64,000 nucleotides of DNA, taken from positions 10,561 to 74,560 of the forward strand of contig JBDSDR010000002.1 in NCBI GenBank assembly GCA_039920385.1. The letters run 5' to 3'. The DNA comes from Candidatus Saccharimonadales bacterium (GTDB taxonomy: Bacteria > Patescibacteriota > Saccharimonadia > Saccharimonadales > JAUPVS01). Below the pieces are notes generated by a model. The model did no database searches. It was not told the origin of the DNA and was given only the letters and a program-made list of their open reading frames with translations. The translations under genes and the position numbers were made by a program. Every line of letters begins with the position of its first letter. The first letter of the stretch is position 1. This document shows positions 1 through 7,404 of the stretch, piece after piece.

Positions 1-368
1 CAGTCTTCTTTTACAGTCACATAGACATCGGGGCGTAGTAGACCCAGCGATGGCTGGCAGCTTGGTTCGGGCAGAACAGTTACAAAATCGACTGCTCGCA
101 GATAAGTAAGCATTTCGGCGCGAATCTTTTCGTCCAGAATTGGTTTGTTGGCGCCTTTAACCTTGCGGATGGCCTCGTTACTACTAACCCCAACCACCAG
201 TATGTCACCACATTCACGGGCTTTTTCTAGATAGCGGAGTTGCCCAACATGAGCCAAATCCCAAGACCCAGCCGTAAAGACGATCTTTTTACCTTTTTCG
301 CGCAGCATTTCTTGCAGCGACATTAGGTCACTCTGGCTAATCAGTCTTTTCTTCCACGAAGTGGCCAT
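1..368 (-). CDS. cytidylyltransferase-family nucleotidyltransferase (RfaE-domain-II/TagD-like), N-terminal 122 aa; C-terminus lies outside the window
   Basis: Not in ORF track because it runs off the window. Manual translation from ATG 368-366 gives MATSWKKRLISQSDLMSLQEMLREKGKKIVFTAGSWDLAHVGQLRYLEKARECGDILVVGVSSNEAIRKVKGANKPILDEK..., open to position 1. The G-x-(F/W)-D-x-x-H-x-G signature and spacing fit the cytidylyltransferase fold. Confidence 0.6.
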   Translation of the reverse strand, partial: MATSWKKRLISQSDLMSLQEMLREKGKKIVFTAGSWDLAHVGQLRYLEKARECGDILVVGVSSNEAIRKVKGANKPILDEKIRAEMLTYLRAVDFVTVLPEPSCQPSLGLLRPDVYVTVKED

Positions 369-478
369 ACAATCCCCAATCCTTAGATATATTCATCTTA
401 CAGTGTACGGTCTCTTAAATGTATGGCGCAAGCCCAACCATAAATATTACAACCTTTTATAAGATTTTACCGATTTTG

Positions 479-1225
479 TTAAGAAATCGGCGAAGATTGA
501 TATTGGGGTTTAAGTTGGTCATTCTTAATATCATCATAAAGACGCTGTGCACAGGACTGTAGGTCACCAAGGTCACCGTCGTTGATAACATGACTATCAA
601 CTTTAATATTTTGACGTTCGCGCTCAGTTATATCATTGACATCGGTTTCGCCATAATTAGGGCGTTCGATACTAATGATAATCCCGCCAGCGTTGCGTAG
701 AATCTCGGCATCTTTAGGGTAGCGTAGGCCGCCAACCGTACAAAGAATAATGCCGTCTTCGTGATCGCGTCGAATTTGGCTAGCGATGTAGTTGTACCAA
801 ATGCCGGAATCAATCTTTTTGACAAAATAGCCACCCATCCACTGTAAAAGAGTTCGGTAGGTTTCTTTGGCGGTATCACCTGGTATCGAAAAGTCGACCG
901 AGGGCTGCTTTAAAAAGGCAAATAGCTTTTGGTAGTCGGCCGGATTACTTTTGATGTCTTCGACTTTTATTTCAATTTGCGAGAAATTACAGTTTAAGCC
1001 ATAGGTACGATTAATAATTGGCACTACCTTACGTAGCCAACCATTAATAGCCTTGATGTCATCAGGCTCGGGTAAACCGGACGTAGTCTGAAGCCAGGCT
1101 TGCGCTAAATCGGTAATTATTTGTGATGAATCGTAATGAGTGGCATGCGTCTCGAGAGACTGTAAGGCTTGGCCGAAGGTAGTCTTACCGTGACCAATTG
1201 CGCCAGTGATGCCAATAATAACCAT
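479..1225 (-). CDS. P-loop nucleotide/nucleoside kinase-like protein
   Basis: 248-aa ORF with N-terminal Walker A GITGAIGHGKTT. Resembles dNMP-kinase or dephospho-CoA-kinase-like proteins; the family cannot be fixed by eye. Confidence 0.5.
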   Translation of the reverse strand: MVIIGITGAIGHGKTTFGQALQSLETHATHYDSSQIITDLAQAWLQTTSGLPEPDDIKAINGWLRKVVPIINRTYGLNCNFSQIEIKVEDIKSNPADYQKLFAFLKQPSVDFSIPGDTAKETYRTLLQWMGGYFVKKIDSGIWYNYIASQIRRDHEDGIILCTVGGLRYPKDAEILRNAGGIIISIERPNYGETDVNDITERERQNIKVDSHVINDGDLGDLQSCAQRLYDDIKNDQLKPQYQSSPIS

Positions 1226-1245
1226 GGCTCTAGTATACGTTAAAA

Positions 1246-2196
1246 CTAGAGTTCGCTGGAAGCGATTGTGATACTGGGGCCCATGCTAGTAGTAACATAC
1301 ATTACTTTTAGGTAGTTGCCCTTAAGTGAGGCTGGTTTAGCTGCCTTAACACTAGCCAAAACTGCCTTAGCATTTTGAACGAGCTTATCCTTACCAAAAC
1401 TAACTTTACCAATTCCTAGGTGAACGATACCGGTGCTATCAACCCGAAATTCAACACGGCCGGCTTTAGCTTCGGTAACAGCCTTAGCGACGTCGTTACT
1501 AACTGTGCCGCTCTTAGGGTTTGGCATCAAGCCTTTAGGGCCAAGCACGCGCGCGTACTTACCGAGTTTAGCCATTTGCATTGGCTGGGCGATCAAGACA
1601 TCAAAATCGAAGATACCCTTATCGAGTTGCTTAGTAATTTCTTCTTCGCCTGCAATGTCGGCACCAGCTTTGAGAGCAGCTGCCGCCGCTTCGGCTTCGG
1701 CAAAAACAGCAATTCGGACAGTCTTACCGGTTCCGGCTGGCAAAACAACCATATCACGGATGTTTTGGTCAGCATGACGCGGGTCAACACCTAGATTGAT
1801 GTGTAACTCAACAGTTGCATCAAACTTAGCTGGGTTAGTCTTAACGGCTAGATCAAGCGCTTCTGATAGGCTATATTCTTTGTCCTTTTCGATCTGTTCG
1901 GCTAACTTACGGTAGTTCTTGCCCTTACGGTCAAACTGGCTTTTAGGGGGGTTCTGCTTTTGCTTAGGCTTTTCGGGCTGATCGTCAGACGCTTTACGCT
2001 CTTCTTTAGCAACCTTTTCTTCGGCTTCTTTAACAGCCTTAGCGCTGCGTTTACCAGCTTTAGCGGTTTTGCCTTCGGCTTTAGCTTCCTCGACTACTTC
2101 GACAGCTTCTTGCTCAACAATAGCGGCATCAGCCTGTTTGATTTCTTCAAGCTGAGCTTTCTCTTCTTTTGCGGTCTTCTTTTTGGCTTCTGCCAT
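1246..2196 (-). CDS. rplA: 50S ribosomal protein L1 (uL1) with ~85-aa Lys/Glu/Ala-rich N-terminal extension
   Basis: The C-terminal ~230 aa is a canonical L1 core (VLGPKGLMPNPKSGTV, GRVEFRVD). The gene lies in the rplK-rplA context. Confidence 0.95.
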   Translation of the reverse strand: MAEAKKKTAKEEKAQLEEIKQADAAIVEQEAVEVVEEAKAEGKTAKAGKRSAKAVKEAEEKVAKEERKASDDQPEKPKQKQNPPKSQFDRKGKNYRKLAEQIEKDKEYSLSEALDLAVKTNPAKFDATVELHINLGVDPRHADQNIRDMVVLPAGTGKTVRIAVFAEAEAAAAALKAGADIAGEEEITKQLDKGIFDFDVLIAQPMQMAKLGKYARVLGPKGLMPNPKSGTVSNDVAKAVTEAKAGRVEFRVDSTGIVHLGIGKVSFGKDKLVQNAKAVLASVKAAKPASLKGNYLKVMYVTTSMGPSITIASSEL

Positions 2197-2250
2197 GGTT
2201 ATCTCCTCGTGGTGCTAACGGCGTTTCGACGGCCTCCCACAAATTATTAA

Positions 2251-2451
2251 TTAACTAAACAAATACCAGTCTACTTCACCCTCGACTACCGGCACTTCGC
2301 CATTTGGGCCAAGCACTTTAGCCGCCTCAAGCGGAACGTCATGATAGTTGGTATCCTTCAAAAAATCATCATACTCCTGGAAGGCAACCTCATGCTCCGG
2401 TACTAAAGTACCGTCGATGGCTCGATCAAGCTTACGATCGTCAAATGCCAT
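2251..2451 (-). CDS. hypothetical small acidic protein (66 aa) inserted between rplK and rplA
   Basis: ORF starts 2 nt after the rplK stop, so it is co-oriented and probably co-translated. No recognisable family. Shares a QEY...H-x-x-P motif with the 59-aa ORF at 18706-18885. Confidence 0.55.
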   Translation of the reverse strand: MAFDDRKLDRAIDGTLVPEHEVAFQEYDDFLKDTNYHDVPLEAAKVLGPNGEVPVVEGEVDWYLFS

Positions 2452-2453
2452 TA

Positions 2454-2885
2454 TTAGCCTTCGATCTCCACACCCATGCTGCGAGCCGTACCAGCTACCA
2501 TCTTTTTGACAGCTGGGATGTCGTCGGTGTTCATGTCGTGGGCTTTAGCTTCGGCGATTTTAGTTAGCTGCGCGTCGGTCATCTTCTTTTCGACTTTTTC
2601 GCTGTTTGGCTTGCCAGAACCTTTTTTGATGCCAAGTTCTTCGCGAATCAAGTCATCGGTTGGGGCACTAACTACTCGAAAGGCCATGCTGCGATCGTCA
2701 TATACGGTGATATGAGCAGTCACAATGCCACGCAATTCGCGGGTTTGGTCGTTAAAAGGTTGAACAAAGTCCATCATGTTAACACCATACTGACCGAGTG
2801 TGCTACCAACTGGTGGAGCGGCACTGGCTTTACCAGCTGGGATTTTCATCTTTAAATTAGCTTTTACTTTTTTGCCTTCGGCCAT
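2454..2885 (-). CDS. rplK: 50S ribosomal protein L11 (uL11)
   Basis: 143 aa with PAGKASAAPPVGSTLGQYGVNMMDF, typical of L11. Follows nusG. Confidence 0.95.
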   Translation of the reverse strand: MAEGKKVKANLKMKIPAGKASAAPPVGSTLGQYGVNMMDFVQPFNDQTRELRGIVTAHITVYDDRSMAFRVVSAPTDDLIREELGIKKGSGKPNSEKVEKKMTDAQLTKIAEAKAHDMNTDDIPAVKKMVAGTARSMGVEIEG

Positions 2886-3005
2886 GTTGTCTCCTATTAT
2901 CGGAAATCCTTATATCTGGTTTCGAAACAGTAAAGATTGAAGCGATCTTTAGCATTCAGGTATAGAGATTTCGTCTTTGCACGTTAATATGTGCGTAACT
3001 GGTCA

Positions 3006-3034
3006 ATTATACTACAGATTACCTCTGTTGTCTA
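3006..3034 (-). promoter_or_regulatory. sigma70-like promoter for rplK operon
   Basis: Minus strand TAGACA (3034-3029), 17-nt spacer, TATAAT (3011-3006). It sits ~120 nt upstream of the rplK ATG, leaving a structured leader. Confidence 0.4.
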
Positions 3035-3313
3035 GGCTTCTTGTTGGCGAAATTCTACGGGTTGTTGCATCGAAGCCGGGATTATTTCAGCGGCCTGACA
3101 GTTTCTGGCCCTTTCATCAATAATAGTTCCTGCGCCAACTGCTGCGACCGTCAAAGCACAGGCCCCAAGCATAACGTTAGGGCTGATATGCCCCGTTAGC
3201 ATAGCTATTTCAGTACCAAAGACTCCAGCCAACGCCGTGCCGCAGACTATTCTTGATACTCGATTCATCCTGTAGCCATGTAAGGCTACTTCTGGCATAT
3301 TGACTTCGCTCAT
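3032..3313 (-). CDS. hypothetical small hydrophobic protein (93 aa) between nusG and rplK
   Basis: Starts 5 nt after the nusG stop. Two Gly/Ala-rich hydrophobic segments. Weak by-eye similarity to the 82-aa ORF at 50902-51150. Confidence 0.5.
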   Translation of the reverse strand: MSEVNMPEVALHGYRMNRVSRIVCGTALAGVFGTEIAMLTGHISPNVMLGACALTVAAVGAGTIIDERARNCQAAEIIPASMQQPVEFRQQEA

Positions 3314-3318
3314 AGATC

Positions 3319-3861
3319 TTAGACTCGTTTAACCTGCAAACTGTCGAGTTCAACCGGAGTTTCGCGGCCGAACATGTTAACCAAGACTTTGAGCTTGCCC
3401 TTTTGAGCATCGATTTCGTTGATGGTACCGTCAAAACCTTTGAAAGGTCCGTCGGTAATATTGACTACTTCGCCTTCGTTGAAGTCGATCTTGTGTTTTG
3501 GTTCGGCTCGGCCCATACGCTTCATGATCTTTTCCATTTCGTCATCGCTAACAGGAGTAGGTTCAGTGCCAGAACCAACGAAACCAGTTACTGAGGGCGT
3601 GTTACGAACAATGTACCAAGCGTCTTCAGACAGTTTCATTTGTACGAGTACGTAGCCCTGGAAGATGCGTTTTTCGACGACTTTGCGCTTACCGTTCTTA
3701 ACTTCAATCATTTTTTCTTTAGGGACAACTACCTGGAAGATTTTGTCAGCCATGTCTAAAGATTCGGCGCGCTGGCGGATGCTCTCGGCAACCTTTTCTT
3801 CGTAGCCGCTATATGTATGAATGGCGTACCATTGCTTGGTTGTATCGTATCGTTTAACCAT
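3319..3861 (-). CDS. nusG: transcription termination/antitermination factor NusG
   Basis: 180 aa. NGN domain start WYAIHTYSGYEEKV and KOW motif GEVVNITDGPFKGFDGTI. Follows secE. Confidence 0.95.
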   Translation of the reverse strand: MVKRYDTTKQWYAIHTYSGYEEKVAESIRQRAESLDMADKIFQVVVPKEKMIEVKNGKRKVVEKRIFQGYVLVQMKLSEDAWYIVRNTPSVTGFVGSGTEPTPVSDDEMEKIMKRMGRAEPKHKIDFNEGEVVNITDGPFKGFDGTINEIDAQKGKLKVLVNMFGRETPVELDSLQVKRV

Positions 3862-3886
3862 AATCTAAACCTAAACTCCTTGAACT

Positions 3887-4309
3887 CTAACTTAGTAATA
3901 TTTTCTTGAAGATTTTATCGAGACCAAAGTCAGTGATGGCAATAATTGCCCCAAAGACAATGGCGAACAGGAATACGGCGATAGTTAGCTTGGTTGTTTC
4001 TTTACGATTTGGCCAAGTAACCTGACGAAGTTCTTTCCAGCTACTACGCAGATAATTGATTAGTAGCACCGTTGCCAAAATATGGCCAACTTTGCGCATA
4101 AACTTATTCTGGAATGGCTTTGTCAGAGGTTTAAACGGCTTTGCAGCTGTTTTAACACCCTTGCCGGCAGCACTAATTGGCTTAGTAACACTGCTGGTAG
4201 CAGCTTTACGAACCCGCCGACCGGTTGACTCGGTAACGGCCGTTTGGCTACGCTCACGAACCGTCTGCGAACGTTTTGACTTAGCTGGAACCGGTTTTTT
4301 ATCTGCCAT
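3887..4309 (-). CDS. secE: preprotein translocase subunit SecE with ~75-aa basic N-terminal extension
   Basis: C-terminal WKELRQVTWPNRKETTKLTIAVFLFAIVF single TM, typical of SecE. Position is upstream of nusG. Confidence 0.85.
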   Translation of the reverse strand: MADKKPVPAKSKRSQTVRERSQTAVTESTGRRVRKAATSSVTKPISAAGKGVKTAAKPFKPLTKPFQNKFMRKVGHILATVLLINYLRSSWKELRQVTWPNRKETTKLTIAVFLFAIVFGAIIAITDFGLDKIFKKILLS

Positions 4310-4332
4310 ATCTCCCTTTCCAATTCTTCCAA

Positions 4333-4360
4333 TTAAAAAACCTATCTATAAAGACAGGTT
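4333..4360 (-). terminator. rho-independent terminator downstream of the histidine kinase gene
   Basis: Minus strand AACCUGUC-UUUAUA-GAUAGGUU gives an 8 bp stem with one G:U pair, followed by UUUUAAUU. Confidence 0.6.
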
Positions 4361-4374
4361 TCCGTTGGTGTCAA
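4346..4374 (-). promoter_or_regulatory. secE promoter embedded in the preceding terminator
   Basis: TTGACA (4374-4369), 17-nt spacer, TTATAG (4351-4346). The -10 element lies in the hairpin loop. A second TATTGACA copy sits 28 nt upstream (4404-4397). Confidence 0.35.
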
Positions 4375-4404
4375 TATACAACAGTAGTGGCCAAACTGTC
4401 AATA

Positions 4405-5535
4405 CTAAGTTCGTTCGGTATGAGCCGGTTCCGCAGCCTTCAGATTTGGTATAAAGATCTTAAAAACCGAGCCTTTGTTGAGTTCACTGTCCATACTGAT
4501 GTCGGCATGAATTAGTTTGGCCAGCTTCATAGTTACGTACAAGCCTAAACCGGTGCCATTGTTTTGTCGAGTGCGAAAATCTTCGCTTCTAAAGAACTTA
4601 TCAAAAACTTTCTCTTTATCAGATTTACTAATGCCGATGCCAGTATCTTGTACAAAAAATTCCACGCCAGTTGGTTTTACTTTGGCGCCAATTGTAACGC
4701 TACCAGTTTGAGTGTACTTAATGGCATTAGTAATGAAGTTTTGCAGAATTTCCCGGACATACAGCCGGCTAGAGGTTAGTAACTCGAGGCTACGATCGAG
4801 ATCAGTTAAGAGATGCAATCCCTTGGCCTTTGCTTCGGGAGCATAGTTTTTGGCTAATTCTTCGACCATTTGATGGACATTTATGGCTTCCACATCAACG
4901 GCTAGCTTGCCTCGTTCGGCGCGTGACAAAGTCGCTAGATCGTTAATCATGCTAGCTAAAAAGGTAGTTTGGTCGTGAGCTTGTTGCAAGGCTTCCATGA
5001 CCGCTGGGTTGGTATCGCCAGCTTTTTGTGCGATAAATAAAGCGTTACTGAGGTTACCTTCGGCGATAGTGATTGGGGTCCTCAGTTCGTGGCTGACGAC
5101 GCTTATGAATTCGTCGCGCTCTTCTTCGAGTGATTTCTCGCGGGTAATATCGCGCAGTAGCACCACATAACCCTGCATATTGGTACCAAAACCAAGGTGA
5201 ACCGGCGCAATACTTAGATAAAGGTTGATTGTGCTGCCGTCCGGATACCTTAAAAGGTAGTCGCGGCTGGTTTCTTGGGTTTTTACGGCTTTAACTAAAG
5301 TCTGAACATCGACTGTTTGATTGTTTTTATCAAGCAAATTTAGAACTTGCGAAACCAATTGGCCCTTAACCGTGCTGTTAACATCCAGAATGTTTAAAGC
5401 TGCTCCATTATCCAGGACTATCTTGCCATTACCATCAGTCGCCAAAACGCCATCGGCCATACTATTAATCAGGCTATTCAATCTTTCGTGATCAATTGCG
5501 CCCGGACGTCGAACCTGCGGAATAAGCTTTACCAT
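4405..5535 (-). CDS. cytoplasmic PAS-domain sensor histidine kinase (HisKA + HATPase_c), no adjacent response regulator
   Basis: 376 aa. H-box SHELRTPIT, N/G boxes (NAIKYT, DTGIGI, GTGLGL), N-terminal PAS-like region, no TM segment. Confidence 0.85.
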   Translation of the reverse strand: MVKLIPQVRRPGAIDHERLNSLINSMADGVLATDGNGKIVLDNGAALNILDVNSTVKGQLVSQVLNLLDKNNQTVDVQTLVKAVKTQETSRDYLLRYPDGSTINLYLSIAPVHLGFGTNMQGYVVLLRDITREKSLEEERDEFISVVSHELRTPITIAEGNLSNALFIAQKAGDTNPAVMEALQQAHDQTTFLASMINDLATLSRAERGKLAVDVEAINVHQMVEELAKNYAPEAKAKGLHLLTDLDRSLELLTSSRLYVREILQNFITNAIKYTQTGSVTIGAKVKPTGVEFFVQDTGIGISKSDKEKVFDKFFRSEDFRTRQNNGTGLGLYVTMKLAKLIHADISMDSELNKGSVFKIFIPNLKAAEPAHTERT

Positions 5536-5542
5536 TTTACTA

Positions 5543-6259
5543 TTATGCCACAGATGAGTCTGATTTAAGTGACAGAAGACTTGGCTGGTAGTCTTTTAGT
5601 CGCTTACGGCGAGCTTTATAGTCAGGAATACATTCTTCAACCGCCTTCCAAAAGCCTTTGCCATGGTTAAGATGGGCGGTGTGAACTAGCTCGTGCACTA
5701 AAACGTAATCAATTAGCTCCCAAGGTAACTGCATTAGGTAGTAGTTAAGCGTTATGTCGTGTAATGAGCTGCAGCTTCCCCAGCGAGACTTTAGGTGACG
5801 AATCTTCAGACCCTTGTATTGGTAGCCATGGACTTCGGATAGGCTTTTTAGGCGTTGCGGCAATAGTTGTTCGGCTTCAGCCTTAGCAGAGCGCTTAGCA
5901 ACTTCGTGAGCGGCAGCTTGGACTGCTGGGCTACTGACGCTACCTAAGTAGTTAACAATTGCTTCGGTGTCAGTTAGGCGGGTCTGCGGCTGACTTATGC
6001 CTGGTTTAACGAGCAAACGAAGCGTGTGATATTTACCAAGTCGCTGGCCGTCTTTAAATTGTTCATGTTTCATCTGCGATAGCAACCAAGCTTTCTTTTG
6101 GCTAGCAAAAGCTAAGCCCGCCTGATATGGCAGCCATGTAGGCATCGTAACCCTGATTAAACCATCACTATTAACGCTTAGGCGGATCGATTTGCTACCG
6201 CGTCGTTTGTAAACCGAAACCGGCCCGATCGACTCTAGCTCAAATTGTTTAGTGGCCAT
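5543..6259 (-). CDS. YgjP/DUF45-like zinc metallohydrolase (HExxH)
   Basis: 238 aa. C-terminal YVLVHELVHTAHLNHGKGFW carries the HExxH...H motif typical of the DUF45/WLM-like family. Confidence 0.7.
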   Translation of the reverse strand: MATKQFELESIGPVSVYKRRGSKSIRLSVNSDGLIRVTMPTWLPYQAGLAFASQKKAWLLSQMKHEQFKDGQRLGKYHTLRLLVKPGISQPQTRLTDTEAIVNYLGSVSSPAVQAAAHEVAKRSAKAEAEQLLPQRLKSLSEVHGYQYKGLKIRHLKSRWGSCSSLHDITLNYYLMQLPWELIDYVLVHELVHTAHLNHGKGFWKAVEECIPDYKARRKRLKDYQPSLLSLKSDSSVA

Positions 6260-6262
6260 TGA

Positions 6263-6916
6263 TTAACGAATAATTACGTTGCGGCGACTAGGGTCAACCC
6301 GACCAGCCGTTGGGACTAGGTTGACTAAGCCTGGTTTGGCGACGCTGTTGGCGGCTGTATTTGTAGAAATCGCACCTAAGTCATAGAGCTTTTTGACGAT
6401 GGCGTTACGTTGCATAGCAAAAGTGTGTTTACCGCTGATGACGACATAGTCTTCGTTTTGTGGTTTCTGCATGCTGCCAACAATTAGCTTAAAGGCTTCT
6501 TTGGTGTAAGGTCGGGCAAACTTATCATCATTGCGGCGACGGTCACGACCGGCAATTCGAGCCATGGCACTGTCTTGGTCGGTTTGCAACCACACAATAA
6601 AGCTCTTAGCCTTAGCTTTTCGGGCGACATCACGTAAAGTTCGACGCTGCACCAAACGAGTAGCGTTAGTATCAAAAATAACACTGACCCCGGCATTCAA
6701 AAATTCTTCGGCCATATATTCCATTAGATGCGCTACTATGTCATCTTCTTGTTTGGTATATTGGGGCTGCTCGAAAAGCTCCGAGCGGATGCGATCACCT
6801 TGAACGTGGGCCGCTTCCATAGCCTTGCTAAGTTCGCTAGCAAAATGCGTCTTACCAGCACCCGGATAGCCGAAGAGCATGATAAGAACTGGTGGTGAGG
6901 TTTTTAACTTTCCCAT
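6263..6916 (-). CDS. P-loop kinase (AAA_33 / polynucleotide-kinase / zeta-toxin-like)
   Basis: 217 aa. Walker A GYPGAGKTHFA and a downstream VIFDTNATRLVQRR segment typical of PNK-like kinases. Confidence 0.6.
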   Translation of the reverse strand: MGKLKTSPPVLIMLFGYPGAGKTHFASELSKAMEAAHVQGDRIRSELFEQPQYTKQEDDIVAHLMEYMAEEFLNAGVSVIFDTNATRLVQRRTLRDVARKAKAKSFIVWLQTDQDSAMARIAGRDRRRNDDKFARPYTKEAFKLIVGSMQKPQNEDYVVISGKHTFAMQRNAIVKKLYDLGAISTNTAANSVAKPGLVNLVPTAGRVDPSRRNVIIR

Positions 6917-6998
6917 TACTATAGGTATAACAGATTCAGAACCTATTGAGAAGGGTTAAAAATACCGCCTCTCTGGTATAATGTTGTAGTTACGTCAA

Positions 6999-7074
6999 AG
7001 GGGTATAGCTCAGTTGGTAGAGCACTGGTCTCCAAAACCAGGTGTCGTAGGTTCGAGTCCTGCTACCCCTGCCA
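6999..7074 (+). tRNA. tRNA-Trp (anticodon CCA), CCA encoded
   Basis: Manual cloverleaf: acceptor AGGGGUA/UACCCCU, anticodon arm CUGGU-CUCCAAA-ACCAG, T-arm GUAGG-UUCGAGU-CCUGC. An extended -10 TGGTATAAT lies at 6974-6982. Confidence 0.9.
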
Positions 7075-7081
7075 AAATAAA

Positions 7082-7114
7082 ACAGTCAGCCGAAAGGTTG
7101 GCTGTTTTGTTTTG
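7082..7114 (+). terminator. rho-independent terminator after tRNA-Trp
   Basis: ACAGUCAGCC-GAAA-GGUUGGCUGU forms a 10 bp stem with two G:U pairs and a GNRA loop, followed by UUUUGUUUUG. Confidence 0.7.
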
Positions 7115-7141
7115 CATAGATGAAGTCCATGGCAAACTTGT

Positions 7142-7169
7142 TTGACTGATTGCAATAATATCGTAAACT
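7142..7169 (+). promoter_or_regulatory. promoter for small membrane ORF
   Basis: TTGACT (7142-7147), 16-nt spacer, TAAACT (7164-7169). An AAAGGA Shine-Dalgarno precedes ATG 7197. Confidence 0.4.
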
Positions 7170-7196
7170 GTGTCTAATAACTAAAGGATTCAACCT

Positions 7197-7376
7197 ATGA
7201 TGTTCCTCGGATTATTCACACTCGTCGTTCTCCCCCTCTTCTTAGTGGTGTCTGCAAAAGTAATCAAAGGCGGCGAAAACGATCATATGGGTCGAAATAT
7301 CGCTGCTATGATTCTCTATGTTTGCGCGGCAGTAAACGTTATCACCGGCGTTGCTCTAATCATTAATGCGCTCTAG
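7197..7376 (+). CDS. hypothetical 59-aa two-TM membrane peptide (below ORF-track cutoff)
   Basis: Manual translation gives MMFLGLFTLVVLPLFLVVSAKVIKGGENDHMGRNIAAMILYVCAAVNVITGVALIINAL*. It has its own promoter-like hexamers and an SD. Confidence 0.45.
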   Translation: MMFLGLFTLVVLPLFLVVSAKVIKGGENDHMGRNIAAMILYVCAAVNVITGVALIINAL

Positions 7377-7377
7377 A

Positions 7378-7404
7378 TAAGAAAAGAGCCGCTATTTGCG
7401 GCCC
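7378..7404 (-). terminator. terminator of rpmG (hairpin shared with the convergent plus-strand ORF)
   Basis: Minus strand GGGCCGC-AAAUA-GCGGCUC followed by UUUUCUUAU. The hairpin overlaps the rpmG stop codon. Confidence 0.5.

Noticed and set aside
1420-1794. Plus-strand shadow ORFs antisense to ribosomal and other genes (for example 1420-1794, 25382-25765, 29077-29442, 40762-41121, 49414-49806)
   Set aside because: They lie entirely within well-supported minus-strand genes, have low-complexity or odd composition, and lack start signals. They are typical antisense shadows.
2197-2250. L1-binding autoregulatory mimic (GGGAGGC...GUGG/CCAC) in the leader of rplA
   Set aside because: Only a vague resemblance to the 23S L1 stalk sequence. 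The characteristic structure could not be established by eye.
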